A stretch of 64,000 nt of DNA from an uncultured Candidatus Saccharibacteria bacterium. GTDB taxonomy: Bacteria > Patescibacteriota > Minisyncoccia > Phycocordibacterales > WO2-35-19. The notes below the pieces were generated by a model. It saw only the letters and a list, made by a program, of their open reading frames with translations. It made no database searches and had not been told where the DNA came from. A program made the position numbers and the translations under genes. Location of the stretch: assembly GCA_964534305.1 (NCBI GenBank), contig CAZHPR010000002.1, forward strand, positions 27,986 to 91,985. The letters run 5' to 3'. Each line of letters starts with the position of its first letter. Within the stretch, counting starts at the first letter, position 1. Of the stretch, positions 29,940 through 39,887 are shown piece after piece.

Positions 29940-30566
29940 ATGAAAAAGACCTATTATTTTGTGATATTTGGCGCTATAATCCTAATTATGTTTTCATTTC
30001 TAAATTTTTTTAAGGACAAGAATGATCGTGATGATGTTTTACCCAAAGGTGATGATAAAAAGGTTTTACTGAACGAAGAGTTTGAACTACAAGAGGGAGG
30101 CAGAGCTTCTATGGGAGGGTTAGATATCGCTTACAGAAGTACAACACTACCTCCAGATTCTTATACTGGAGACAGGGAAGAGTTTACCTATCCTCAAATA
30201 GAGTTGAGTGAGAATGACGATACTCTCAGGTTTCCAATAAATAAAAAATTTCCAACAAGATTATTTCATAAGTATGAAATACAGCTCATAAATATGATCG
30301 TAAACAGCTCAGAAAGAACGGTTGTCCTAAAAGTTGTTACAAAAGAAGTGAACGCCAGAGTGCTAGAAGAAGATGCGGTGAAGATTGCTCTCAAAGAGGC
30401 AGAAGAGAACGGATTAGAAGACGGCGAGGCGATAAATAGGGTACTGGAATATGGTCTTTGGAAAATTGAAGTCTCGTCCCCTTCCGGCGGTGACTTATAT
30501 ATAATGGTAGAAATTGATGCGAACACTGGGGCAGTGAGGAATTCTTACAAAGAAAATAGAGCTTAA
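29940..30566 (+). CDS. Membrane-anchored protein with C-terminal PepSY-like domain
   Basis: N-terminal TM; EDA..IAL...W.IEV...V.IDA.TG.V. Confidence 0.7.
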   Translation: MKKTYYFVIFGAIILIMFSFLNFFKDKNDRDDVLPKGDDKKVLLNEEFELQEGGRASMGGLDIAYRSTTLPPDSYTGDREEFTYPQIELSENDDTLRFPINKKFPTRLFHKYEIQLINMIVNSSERTVVLKVVTKEVNARVLEEDAVKIALKEAEENGLEDGEAINRVLEYGLWKIEVSSPSGGDLYIMVEIDANTGAVRNSYKENRA

Positions 30567-30608
30567 AATCAAGTTCCAATTTGATTTTTTTGTGGTAGGA
30601 TACTATAT

Positions 30609-31256
30609 ATGATTATTTCTTATCAGGGTATACAGTCATTTAAGGTGCAGTTTGGAGACACGGTCTTGGCCTTTAATCCTGTATCAAAATCTTCAAAATT
30701 TAAGGCTGGTAGTTTTGGGGCTGATGTTGCTCTGATTACCAACAATCATCCAGATATGAATGGAGGCGATCAGGCAAGCCGGGGTGAGAAGAAAGCCTTT
30801 GTTATAAATGGTCCGGGGGAGTATGAAGTAGAAGGAGTATTTATAAAAGGTGCTCCAGGGACAACAAATTATGGTGGGGAGACGCTTATCAATACAATTT
30901 ATTCTGTAAATCTTGAAAACATTAATCTCTGTTTCCTTGGTTCTTTGGGAGAGACCAATCTTTCTACGGAAGCAAAAGAAACTCTTGATGGAATAGACAT
31001 ACTTTTTGTGCCAATAGGAGGGGATGGAGTACTTGACGCAAGTGAGGCTTACAAGTTTGCTGTATCTCTAGAACCTAGCATCATAATACCTATGCATTTC
31101 CCATCTGGTAACTATGATGTTGGAGAGAAAGATGCTCTAAAGAAATTTCTAAAAGAAGCTGGCGCAGAGGGGACTAAACCGATAGACAAACTAACAATAA
31201 AGAAAAAGGATTTGGAAGGAAAGGAGGCTGAGGTTGTAGTACTAAACTCAGAGTAG
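30609..31256 (+). CDS. MBL-fold metallo-hydrolase-like protein
   Basis: I.GPGEYEV.G, IDILFVPIGG, P..IIPMH; N-terminal metal motif is degenerate. Confidence 0.85.
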   Translation: MIISYQGIQSFKVQFGDTVLAFNPVSKSSKFKAGSFGADVALITNNHPDMNGGDQASRGEKKAFVINGPGEYEVEGVFIKGAPGTTNYGGETLINTIYSVNLENINLCFLGSLGETNLSTEAKETLDGIDILFVPIGGDGVLDASEAYKFAVSLEPSIIIPMHFPSGNYDVGEKDALKKFLKEAGAEGTKPIDKLTIKKKDLEGKEAEVVVLNSE

Positions 31257-31293
31257 TGATATAATTTTGTTGATATTTTTTCTAAAGAATAAA

Positions 31294-31635
31294 ATGATCA
31301 ACCAAACTATAGATCGCATAAACAAAAGAGACGAAGAGTATAGGCGCAAGTTAGCCTTCTTCAGTTCTCTCATTGTTTTGCTGTTGGTATTTAGTGTTTG
31401 GTCTATAGAGAGAGATATTTTTGAGCTAAAATCTAAGGGTAATAATCTTTCTCTGTCAAACAGATCTGGTCAGCTTGCTTCTGTAGCAAGCGCCCCTTCA
31501 CCTATAGATAGCTCAAAACAAGCACTTGATTCAGTCTGGTCCGAAGTCGGGAAAAGTTTTAATGACTTCAAAGAGTCACTATCAAACGTGTTTGTGCCCT
31601 TTTTTACAGGAATAGAAGTTTACGAGAGGAAATAA
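31294..31635 (+). CDS. Hypothetical single-TM protein
   Basis: Basic N-terminus, one TM, SP motif. Confidence 0.65.
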   Translation: MINQTIDRINKRDEEYRRKLAFFSSLIVLLLVFSVWSIERDIFELKSKGNNLSLSNRSGQLASVASAPSPIDSSKQALDSVWSEVGKSFNDFKESLSNVFVPFFTGIEVYERK

Positions 31636-31641
31636 TTGCAA

Positions 31642-31775
31642 AGACCCTCCCAAATCATTTTTGCTCGTTAGGTCATAAGGATTAAGGCTCTCGCAAAAAT
31701 GATTTGGGAGGGTCTGGTATTTCATAAAAATGTTTTGAGCGACTTTAAGAGGCTCTCGCAAAAATGATTTGGGAG
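31642..31775. repeat. 23-bp inverted repeat plus 26-bp direct repeat upstream of gyrA
   Basis: 31642-31664 pairs with 31693-31715; 31685-31710 equals 31750-31775. Confidence 0.9.
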
Positions 31776-31839
31776 ATTTTTAAAAATAAACTTTTTGCTT
31801 GAAAAGAGCTTCTGTTTTTGCTATAATAGATAAATAATT

Positions 31840-34302
31840 ATGGCAAAAAGCTCAGAAAAAGAGTCTCAAAATAACGGCGGTACGGGTGTCTTGCCTCGTT
31901 CTATAGTGAGCGAAATGAAGAAGTCTTTTATAGACTATGCGATGTCTGTAATTACAGACAGAGCCCTCCCTGATGTTCGTGATGGTCTAAAGCCGGTGCA
32001 CCGAAGGATACTTTATGCGATGCATACCATGGGTCTAGGCCCTTCTAGCAAGACTCGTAAATCAGCTACGGTAGTGGGAGAGGTGCTCGGTCACTTCCAT
32101 CCTCATGGTGATACAGCCGCTTATGATGCGATGGTAAAGATGGCGCAAGATTTTTCTATGCGCTATCCGCTTATAATAGGTCAAGGAAACTTTGGTTCAA
32201 TAGATGGAGATGGAGCTGCGGCAATGCGTTATACCGAAGCAAAGATGAGTAGGGTTGGAGCTGAGCTTTTGCGTGATATACACAAGGATACGGTAGATTT
32301 TATCCCAAACTTTGATGGTACTGATAAGGAACCAAAAGTTTTGCCTGCTGCTGTGCCTCAGCTTTTACTCAATGGGACTTTGGGTATTGCGGTAGGTATG
32401 GCAACAAATGTTCCTCCTCACAACTTGCGTGAGGTTATAGATGCAACCGCATATCTTATAGACAACAAAGATGCAACAACAGAAGATTTACTTCAATTTA
32501 TACAAGGACCGGACTTCCCTCTTGGGGGCATAATATTCAACCAGAAAGATATACACCACGCTTACACCACTGGAAGAGGCGGTATAGTGTGTAGGGGTGT
32601 AGCTGAAATTGTAGAAGAAAAAAATCTATCCCAGATAGTCATAACCTCAATCCCATACAGGGTCAACAAGCAGACTCTGGTTGAAAAGATTGCCGAACTT
32701 GTACGTGACAAAAAACTCGAAGGGGTAAAGGGACTTAGAGATGAATCAACAAAGGATATAAGAGTTGTGATCGACCTCAAAGGAGGTAGCCATCCGCAAA
32801 GAGTCCTAAACTTTTTGTACAAACACACCCAACTCGAAGAAACATTCCACCTCAACCTGGTGGCGCTCGTTGATGGCGTACCCCAGACACTTTCTCTCAA
32901 GGGTATTATTCAAGAATTTATAAACCATAGGCAGGTTGTCATAAAAAGAAGGACAGAGTTTGATCTGAGGGAGGCAGAAGCAAGAGAGCATATACTCCTT
33001 GGTCTCAAGAAAGCTCTTGATCACATAGATGAGATCATAAAACTCATAAAGAAAAGCAAGGATGTTGAGACAGCCAGAGACAACCTCATGAAGCAGTTCA
33101 AGTTTTCTCTTATACAAGCAAATGCGATACTAGAGATGAGACTACAAAAGCTCGCTGGTCTTGAGAGACAAAAAATAGAAGACGAGCTAAAGGCGGTCCA
33201 AGCTATCATCAAAGAGCTAAAAGATATTCTTGCTAACCCAAAAAAGATTTTTACTATAATAAAGAAAGAACTATCAGAAATAGCAGAAAAGTATGGCGAT
33301 GACAGGAGGACGAAGTTGATAAAGGGTGGTGTAAAGGTGCTCTCTGTTGAAGATTTGATACCAAATGAAGAAAACACCCTTATCCTTACTGCCGGCGGTT
33401 ATATAAAGCGCACCAACCCAGATGAATACAAGAAGCAAAAACGTGGTGGGGTAGGAGTAGTCGATCTGGATACAAAAGAAGAAGATTTCGTTACAAACTT
33501 CCTCACAGCTGAGACTCATTCAGACCTACTATTCTTTACTGATAAGGGTAAGGCTTATCAAATAAAGATGTACGACATCCCAGAGGGCAAGAGAGCAACA
33601 AGAGGTAAGTCTATAATGAACTTTCTCTCTCTTTCTGATGATGAAAAAGTCACCTCAATCCTCCCGATGCCTAAGAATCTCAAAGACAACAAAGACCTTT
33701 CCCTACTTATGATTACAGAACAAGGGGTAGGCAAAAAAGTTTCTGCAAGTAGCTTCCATGATGTACGAAGTAGTGGAATTATTGCTATCAAGCTTCAAGC
33801 TGGAGACAGGTTGGTTTCTGTTTGTCAGACGGCGAAAGGTGATTCTTGTATGCTTATAACCGCAAAGGGTCAGTCAATCAGGTTCAAAGAAAATGATATA
33901 AGAGAGATGGGTAGAACAGCTGGAGGAGTAAGAGCCATGAAGCTAGGCAAGGGAGATAGAATAGTTGGTGCTCACACAATACACAAAGAAATAGAAAAGG
34001 AGGCTAGTATCCTAACTGTCGGTGCAAATGGTTATGGCAAAAAGACTCCTCTCAAGGAATACAAGATTCAAAAACGCGGTGGCTCCGGTATAAAAACATC
34101 AAGTGTCACTACAAAGACAGGTGAAATAATGTCTTCAGAGATAGTTGTGGGTTCTGAGGCAGAAGTAGTCGCAATGTCAAAGAAGAGTCAGGTCATAAGG
34201 CTAGAACTAAATGAGATACCTACACTCGGCAGATCTACTCAAGGTGTCCGGATAATGAAGCTTCGAGAAGGCGACTCCCTCGCTTCTCTCATCTGTCTCT
34301 AG
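31840..34302 (+). CDS. gyrA: DNA gyrase subunit A
   Basis: [27 protein letters not shown], GyrA-box QKRGGVG, beta-pinwheel repeats. Confidence 0.98.
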   Translation: MAKSSEKESQNNGGTGVLPRSIVSEMKKSFIDYAMSVITDRALPDVRDGLKPVHRRILYAMHTMGLGPSSKTRKSATVVGEVLGHFHPHGDTAAYDAMVKMAQDFSMRYPLIIGQGNFGSIDGDGAAAMRYTEAKMSRVGAELLRDIHKDTVDFIPNFDGTDKEPKVLPAAVPQLLLNGTLGIAVGMATNVPPHNLREVIDATAYLIDNKDATTEDLLQFIQGPDFPLGGIIFNQKDIHHAYTTGRGGIVCRGVAEIVEEKNLSQIVITSIPYRVNKQTLVEKIAELVRDKKLEGVKGLRDESTKDIRVVIDLKGGSHPQRVLNFLYKHTQLEETFHLNLVALVDGVPQTLSLKGIIQEFINHRQVVIKRRTEFDLREAEAREHILLGLKKALDHIDEIIKLIKKSKDVETARDNLMKQFKFSLIQANAILEMRLQKLAGLERQKIEDELKAVQAIIKELKDILANPKKIFTIIKKELSEIAEKYGDDRRTKLIKGGVKVLSVEDLIPNEENTLILTAGGYIKRTNPDEYKKQKRGGVGVVDLDTKEEDFVTNFLTAETHSDLLFFTDKGKAYQIKMYDIPEGKRATRGKSIMNFLSLSDDEKVTSILPMPKNLKDNKDLSLLMITEQGVGKKVSASSFHDVRSSGIIAIKLQAGDRLVSVCQTAKGDSCMLITAKGQSIRFKENDIREMGRTAGGVRAMKLGKGDRIVGAHTIHKEIEKEASILTVGANGYGKKTPLKEYKIQKRGGSGIKTSSVTTKTGEIMSSEIVVGSEAEVVAMSKKSQVIRLELNEIPTLGRSTQGVRIMKLREGDSLASLICL

Positions 34303-34362
34303 TTCTGTTAGCAATCCACGCTTTTGTAGATAAGCAAAATTTGTTTTTGCTATAATTAAGAC

Positions 34363-35649
34363 ATGTCAACAAAGTTTCAGATAATCCTAACTGGTGTATT
34401 TGCTCTTTTTATTGTTGTGGGAGTTATTGTATTTTCTATGTACAGAGGCTCTCAGGGTCAGGTTAGTAATGTAATTGTTTGGGGTACTATAGAGCAAACC
34501 GATTTCTCTCAGATACTTATGGCGACTGGTCTCGCTCAGAGCAAAGAATACTCAGTCCAGTATGTAAAGAAAGCAGAAGAAACTTTTGATAATGATCTAG
34601 TAGAGGCGATCGCTGCTGGTGAGGGCCCAGACGTCTTCTTTTTGCCTAGTGACAAGATAATAAAAAATATGAACAAGACGTTTATAATACCTTACAACGT
34701 CTTTACCGAGAGGAATTTTAAAGACTCTTTTATAGAGGGTGCCGAAATATTTATGTTGCCGGAGGGTGTTGTTGCGATGCCGTTTGTGGTTGATCCGCTG
34801 GTGATGTATTGGAACAGAGCTATATTCAATGATTCAAAGATAACCGTACCTCCAAAATATTGGGATCAATTCTTCAATCTGGCTTCAGTTATTTCTATAA
34901 AGGATGGTAGTCTCAATATTTTGAGAAGTGCTGTCGCGCTTGGAGAGTTTTCAAACATATCACATGCAAAGGAGATAATCTCTACCCTTGCAATGCAAGC
35001 CGGTACCCCTATAACTTATTGGAGCGGTGGTAAACCAATGAGCAGCTTCTCTCTTAGACTAGACAAACCGACAATACCAGCAGAGGCCGCGGTAAACTTT
35101 TATACAGAATTTTCAAATCCAGCAAAAACATCATACTCCTGGAACAGATCAATAGTCTCTTCTACAAATTATTTTCTGGGAGGAGATCTCGCTATGTATT
35201 TTGGTTTTGCAAGCGAGATTGCTGGTATACAATCAAAAAACCCAAATCTAAACTTTGATGTTGCTCCTATGCCGCTTTCTAGAGAGGGTGGCAATGACTC
35301 TATCTTTGGTAGGTTTTATGGTTTGGCGATAACAAAAACTTCCAAAAATCCTAACGCCGCCTTTGGTGTAGTTTCAATACTTACTTCTACTCAAGGCTCA
35401 AAAGCTTTTGCAGAGATACTAAGGCTTCCTCCAGTGAGACGCGACCTCCTAGCCGAGAGACCTACCGGCGCGTATCTTAGTGTGTTTTATGATAGCGCAA
35501 TAAGGGCTAGAGGATGGCTTGATCCAGATAGGGTAGAGACCAATATTATATTTAGAAATATGATAGAGTCAGTTACAAGCGGAAGATCTAGGGTAAGTGA
35601 GGCGGTTGCAAGGGCAAACAGAGAAATATCAAATCTTTTACAAAAATGA
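34363..35649 (+). CDS. Extracellular solute-binding protein (family 1-like)
   Basis: N-terminal TM, IVWG, A.G.GPD, MYWN..F..., PNLNFDVA. Confidence 0.8.
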   Translation: MSTKFQIILTGVFALFIVVGVIVFSMYRGSQGQVSNVIVWGTIEQTDFSQILMATGLAQSKEYSVQYVKKAEETFDNDLVEAIAAGEGPDVFFLPSDKIIKNMNKTFIIPYNVFTERNFKDSFIEGAEIFMLPEGVVAMPFVVDPLVMYWNRAIFNDSKITVPPKYWDQFFNLASVISIKDGSLNILRSAVALGEFSNISHAKEIISTLAMQAGTPITYWSGGKPMSSFSLRLDKPTIPAEAAVNFYTEFSNPAKTSYSWNRSIVSSTNYFLGGDLAMYFGFASEIAGIQSKNPNLNFDVAPMPLSREGGNDSIFGRFYGLAITKTSKNPNAAFGVVSILTSTQGSKAFAEILRLPPVRRDLLAERPTGAYLSVFYDSAIRARGWLDPDRVETNIIFRNMIESVTSGRSRVSEAVARANREISNLLQK

Positions 35650-36050
35650 TATCGGGTTCTAAAAAAAATATATTTAATACATTTGTAACCATACTTTTGG
35701 TGTTTGTCCCTGTCTTGTCATTTGCGGCACCGCTCATCCCTTCTCCTGTTGTCCCTAATTGTCCAAATCCAGAAGGCTGTGGTTTTGTTGAATTTATAGA
35801 GCTTATAAACAATGTTGTTAGTTTGCTAATCGCATTGTCGTTCCCTATCGCTGCGGGAGTTATCGCTTGGGCAGGTTTTAATATGATTATGGATGGTGGT
35901 AATGGGGCAAAGAGGAAGGAGTCTATAGAGATGATAAAGAAAGTTGTTATCGGTTTTGTTATAATGCTCTCAGCTTGGATTGTAGTCTCTACCTTGCTAA
36001 ACGCACTAATATCAAGTCAATTTAAAGACGCGGTACAAATAGTAAAATAA
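35646..36050 (+). CDS. VirB2/TrbC-like pilin 1
   Basis: Signal peptide, two TMs around an AG..M...G...K loop; N-terminal Cys pair. Confidence 0.75.
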   Translation: MISGSKKNIFNTFVTILLVFVPVLSFAAPLIPSPVVPNCPNPEGCGFVEFIELINNVVSLLIALSFPIAAGVIAWAGFNMIMDGGNGAKRKESIEMIKKVVIGFVIMLSAWIVVSTLLNALISSQFKDAVQIVK

Positions 36051-36054
36051 TAAA

Positions 36055-36477
36055 ATGTTTAATAAAACAAAATTTTCAAAACTTTTAATCTTCACTCTTT
36101 CTCTCTTTATTGCACTTTCTCCTGTTTTTGTTTTTGCAGTCGATGATACCGGTAATAACCCTAAACCAGATGATGTTGGTAAAAATCCAACTCCTGTCTC
36201 TTATCAAATAAAAATAACAAACCCATTCAAATCAAACAGCGTAGAGGGTTTGTTAAAAGCGATAGTCAATGAAATATTGATACCAATAGGAAGCGTTGTT
36301 GCCGCTATTATGGTTATATATGCAGGCTTTTTGTTTGTAACTGCAAGAGGGGACGCTGGCCAGATAAAGACCGCAAAACAAGCCCTGTTGTATGCAGTTA
36401 TAGGAGCAGCGATACTTCTCGGTGCTTGGGTTATTATAAACGCGATAAGTGCGACAATAGACAAACTAAGAGTATAA
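36055..36477 (+). CDS. VirB2/TrbC-like pilin 2
   Basis: I.NP, IYAGF.FVTARGD...I..AK..L.YAVIG. Confidence 0.85.
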   Translation: MFNKTKFSKLLIFTLSLFIALSPVFVFAVDDTGNNPKPDDVGKNPTPVSYQIKITNPFKSNSVEGLLKAIVNEILIPIGSVVAAIMVIYAGFLFVTARGDAGQIKTAKQALLYAVIGAAILLGAWVIINAISATIDKLRV

Positions 36478-36481
36478 AATT

Positions 36482-36757
36482 ATGGATCTTGCTGGTTTAA
36501 TAAAAATGTTTACAGATATGGGGCTTAGGGTGATACCCTTTATTGGCTCTATCGCCTTTCTTGCATTTGTCTGGGGGATTGCAAGATTTATAAAGTCTAG
36601 TGGTAGTGAGGCAGAGATGAAAAAGAGCAAGGAGTTCCTTATCTGGGGTGTCATTGGGATCTTTGTACTTGCGACAATATGGGGCATTATCTCTTTTATA
36701 AGAGGTGAATTCGGGTTTAGTGGTACCTTCGGTATCCCACAGATAAGAGTAAAATAA
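36482..36757 (+). CDS. VirB2/TrbC-like pilin 3
   Basis: F.WG..RFI...K..L.WG.I..FV...IWG. Confidence 0.75.
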   Translation: MDLAGLIKMFTDMGLRVIPFIGSIAFLAFVWGIARFIKSSGSEAEMKKSKEFLIWGVIGIFVLATIWGIISFIRGEFGFSGTFGIPQIRVK

Positions 36758-36765
36758 AAAATATT

Positions 36766-37041
36766 ATGGGATTAATGAAATTATTAGAAGCGGCACAGGG
36801 GATAGTCACAGGAATACTTATTCCACTTGCCTTTGCCCTTGCTCTCCTGTACTTCTTTTGGGGGGTTGCAAAGTATATAAACTCTGGGGCTGGTGGCGAG
36901 AAGGCGGCAGAGGAGGGTAAGAGAGTTATGATTTGGGGTATAGTAGCCCTCTTTATTGCAACATCAATATGGGGTATAGTTAACTTTATAAAATCAGAAC
37001 TTGGGTTGCCGGGTATACAAAAAGTGAATATCCAAAATTAA
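36766..37041 (+). CDS. VirB2/TrbC-like pilin 4
   Basis: FFWGV.KYI....GK..M.WG.VALF...IWG. Confidence 0.75.
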   Translation: MGLMKLLEAAQGIVTGILIPLAFALALLYFFWGVAKYINSGAGGEKAAEEGKRVMIWGIVALFIATSIWGIVNFIKSELGLPGIQKVNIQN

Positions 37042-37060
37042 TTTAATAAATTAAAATAAT

Positions 37061-37486
37061 ATGAAAGAAAAAATAAAATATATAGTAGGTCTTGCACTTT
37101 TATCTCCAGTTTTTGCTTCTGCTCAATTAACACAGACTAGAACTTTGCTGCAAAGTGCAATGAATATAGTTACTCAGATTCTAATACCCCTAGTATTTAC
37201 CCTTGCTCTTTTGTTTTTCTTTTGGGGAATTGCAAAGTATATAAGGTCAGAGGGCACTGGTAAGGAGGAGGGTAAGAAAATAATGATCTGGGGAGTTGTT
37301 GCACTATTCGTAATGTCTACAATTTGGGGGTTAGTTTCTTTTATAAGGGGAGAACTTTTGGGTAATACTAGCGCTCCTATATCTCAACCTGTTCCTACAA
37401 TTGGTGCCGGGGCTGGTGGGGGAGCTTCTATTCCTGGTCAAGATCCTGGTAGTGGTTATATATCAGGGCTGCCTGCAGGATTCTAA
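37061..37486 (+). CDS. VirB2/TrbC-like pilin 5 with Gly/Pro tail
   Basis: P..ASAQ signal peptide; FFWG..KYI, MIWGVVALFVM. Confidence 0.78.
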   Translation: MKEKIKYIVGLALLSPVFASAQLTQTRTLLQSAMNIVTQILIPLVFTLALLFFFWGIAKYIRSEGTGKEEGKKIMIWGVVALFVMSTIWGLVSFIRGELLGNTSAPISQPVPTIGAGAGGGASIPGQDPGSGYISGLPAGF

Positions 37487-37585
37487 AATTATCTGTGGAT
37501 AAGGATTTGTTGAAAATAAACTAAAATATTGGTATAATTAACAGGTAAAAAATTGGTCGTTTAATTATTAATTTTTGCAAAAATT

Positions 37586-37933
37586 ATGAAAAAAATAGCT
37601 ATAATCGGCGTTGCTTCATTGCTTCCAGTGTTTGCTTCAGCTCAGGATCTGAGCAATATCCAGACACTTGTACAATCTATAGGTAATATTATAAACATAG
37701 CAATACCTATAGTCTTTGCTTTGGCAATGCTATTCTTCTTCTGGGGTCTTGCAAAGTACATCCTAGGCTCAGAGCACGACAAGGATGCGGCGAAGAAGAC
37801 TATGATCTGGGGAGTTGTTGCACTATTCGTGATGGCTGCTGTATGGGGCCTTGTAAGCTTCATAAGTAGGGCTGTTGGTGTAAACTCTCAGGGTCCTGGA
37901 TTTACTCCAAGCAGCTTGGTTCCAAGAGGCTAG
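37586..37933 (+). CDS. VirB2/TrbC-like pilin 6 (own promoter and terminator; candidate major subunit)
   Basis: LPVFASAQ signal peptide; TTGAAA..TGGTATAAT upstream; hairpin downstream. Confidence 0.78.
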   Translation: MKKIAIIGVASLLPVFASAQDLSNIQTLVQSIGNIINIAIPIVFALAMLFFFWGLAKYILGSEHDKDAAKKTMIWGVVALFVMAAVWGLVSFISRAVGVNSQGPGFTPSSLVPRG

Positions 37934-37958
37934 AGATATTCCAAAATCTATATAGAAA

Positions 37959-37996
37959 AAGAAAATCCCCATCCTTTTTAGGTGGGGGATTTTCTT
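37959..37996. terminator. Intrinsic terminator
   Basis: AATCCCCATCC/GGTGGGGGATT hairpin plus T-run. Confidence 0.65.
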
Positions 37997-38013
37997 TGTG
38001 ATAAAATGCTTTT

Positions 38014-38271
38014 ATGGATGTAAAGATGCTACTTGGTAAAATAGCAGAGCTTATAATAAATCCTATTATAATTTTGGGATTTGTTATTGCGACTATTTAC
38101 TTCTTTTACGGTATTTTTGAGCTTATTTACAAAGCAGACGAGGGGAAGGATGAACACAAAAAGAATTTGATATACGGTATTATCGGTCTCTTTGTAATGT
38201 TTTCTGTTTATGGAATTTTGAATATTGTCTTAGATACTTTTGGTATTACTAACAAAGGTCTCATACCTTAA
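38014..38271 (+). CDS. VirB2/TrbC-like pilin 7
   Basis: IINP, YFFYG...I....K..LIYGIIGLFVM.SV.GI. Confidence 0.72.
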   Translation: MDVKMLLGKIAELIINPIIILGFVIATIYFFYGIFELIYKADEGKDEHKKNLIYGIIGLFVMFSVYGILNIVLDTFGITNKGLIP

Positions 38272-38303
38272 TTTTTTATGAAAAAAGGGGATCTTGCGAT
38301 CCC

Positions 38304-39764
38304 CTAGAAAAATATCACCAGAACCTTGACTGGTTCTTTCTCTCTGGATTTTAGTCTAAACTTGTAGACCTCTTTGGGTTTTTTGGAGTCCTCTTCTCGG
38401 GGTAGTTTTTCCTCAACCGTGTCGTTCCAGAGTACGACGTACTTTTTACCACCTCCATCAAGGGAGTGATTTCCTCCATTGCGAGGTATATTAACCTCTC
38501 TTCCAAACTCATTAACTGGCGCCTCAACGTGTAATACAACTGGGATCCTTGTTGGGCCTAGAGAGGTCATTCCTGCAAGGACTGGTTCCCAGCAGTACCG
38601 CGACGCTTCCCAAGGGTGCTCTTTGTAAGCGCTTGGGTTGGCAAGGTACCTCTCGAGGATGACCTTGCCCAGGCGGTAGTTGTCCTCTTTGGACTTCGCC
38701 GGGTCAATACCCGTCTCCTTGATCAAGTCGGCGTGGATACGCGTGTTGATCTGGAGTGCCCCCGTGTCGTCGGGGTCTTTCTTACCCTTGACGGGGATCT
38801 TCTTCTCCTCGTCTTGCCACTGCTTGCCCCCCGGTTCCCCAGGCGACTCGCAGTTGCCGTACTCGGTGAGCTGGTCGTCGAGACTAGCAGCAATTGGCCG
38901 GTAGGTCGGGGAGTTAGCAGTGCCAGCTCGTGGCTCTGTAAACCCCGGCAAGGGGCGCCAGTAGATGTTGAAGGCGAGAATTACTATTGTTGCAACCATC
39001 ACAAACCTCCTTAGAGATTTTGCAAATGGTTTTATCTCGCTTTTCTCGTTGCGATAGCTGGTGAGTATGCAGACAAACAGTAGTCCCAGGTTGAAAACCC
39101 AAAAAAACTGCTTGTCGCTGTAGTACCAATTCCAGTACCTAGGCTGTACCGAGGTTCCAAAGTAGCCGATAAGGTTTAGAGAAATCAGACCAAGGCAAGA
39201 AAGAACTATCATCGCAGTATCGGGTGCGTACTCCTTGCCGGGTATTTTTTCCAAACTAACCTTGCCCTTTAGTCTGCGAATTAGGAACCAAAGCAAGACG
39301 GATCCGACGATGATTGCGAGTATCCACTTTACCACATCAATGTGAATCAGTGTGGTAGCAATTATTGCAACAACCATCGGTACGAAGAAAATTGCTGTAT
39401 TTGATCTTGGTGGTTTTCCATCACGCTCTGTCATTCTTGGAAAGATAGACAGTAGTAAAATGGTGAACACCAGGGCTTCAGCCCAGACAAGTCCAGTTAT
39501 GGACATCCGGGAGAAGAAGAAAACAAGAATTGGTAGGGGAAGGACCAGTAATACAAAAACCCACCTAGCTGGTTTTATTGATCCAGCTTTTCTCCCCGTG
39601 CTTTTGGCTAGTTTCCCAAGCCAGTTTTTCATTGATTCAGGTGAAATCTCACGAATAGTCCAAAATGAGAAATGGCCTGTCAGTACCAGTGCAAGCACCA
39701 GTGCTAAAATCGAAAGGCTGTATCCAAGGTAGCCAACCGTTTTCCCAAAGAGTGCTTCGAGCAT
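38304..39764 (-). CDS. Polytopic membrane protein with C-terminal lysozyme/transglycosylase-like domain
   Basis: About 8 TMs, then CES......Q...DTGALQIN..H...PW..S..CW; AAGGAG SD. Confidence 0.6.
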   Translation of the reverse strand: MLEALFGKTVGYLGYSLSILALVLALVLTGHFSFWTIREISPESMKNWLGKLAKSTGRKAGSIKPARWVFVLLVLPLPILVFFFSRMSITGLVWAEALVFTILLLSIFPRMTERDGKPPRSNTAIFFVPMVVAIIATTLIHIDVVKWILAIIVGSVLLWFLIRRLKGKVSLEKIPGKEYAPDTAMIVLSCLGLISLNLIGYFGTSVQPRYWNWYYSDKQFFWVFNLGLLFVCILTSYRNEKSEIKPFAKSLRRFVMVATIVILAFNIYWRPLPGFTEPRAGTANSPTYRPIAASLDDQLTEYGNCESPGEPGGKQWQDEEKKIPVKGKKDPDDTGALQINTRIHADLIKETGIDPAKSKEDNYRLGKVILERYLANPSAYKEHPWEASRYCWEPVLAGMTSLGPTRIPVVLHVEAPVNEFGREVNIPRNGGNHSLDGGGKKYVVLWNDTVEEKLPREEDSKKPKEVYKFRLKSREKEPVKVLVIFF

Positions 39765-39887
39765 CTCAACTCTCCTTTTTCAAATATCGTTGTCCTGTCG
39801 GATTATATCATATTTAATATAAAAAAGCAACCCCAGTTCCTGCAGCCGTAGCCTATAGGAACCGGGGTTTTCTGGGGGCTTTTGCCC

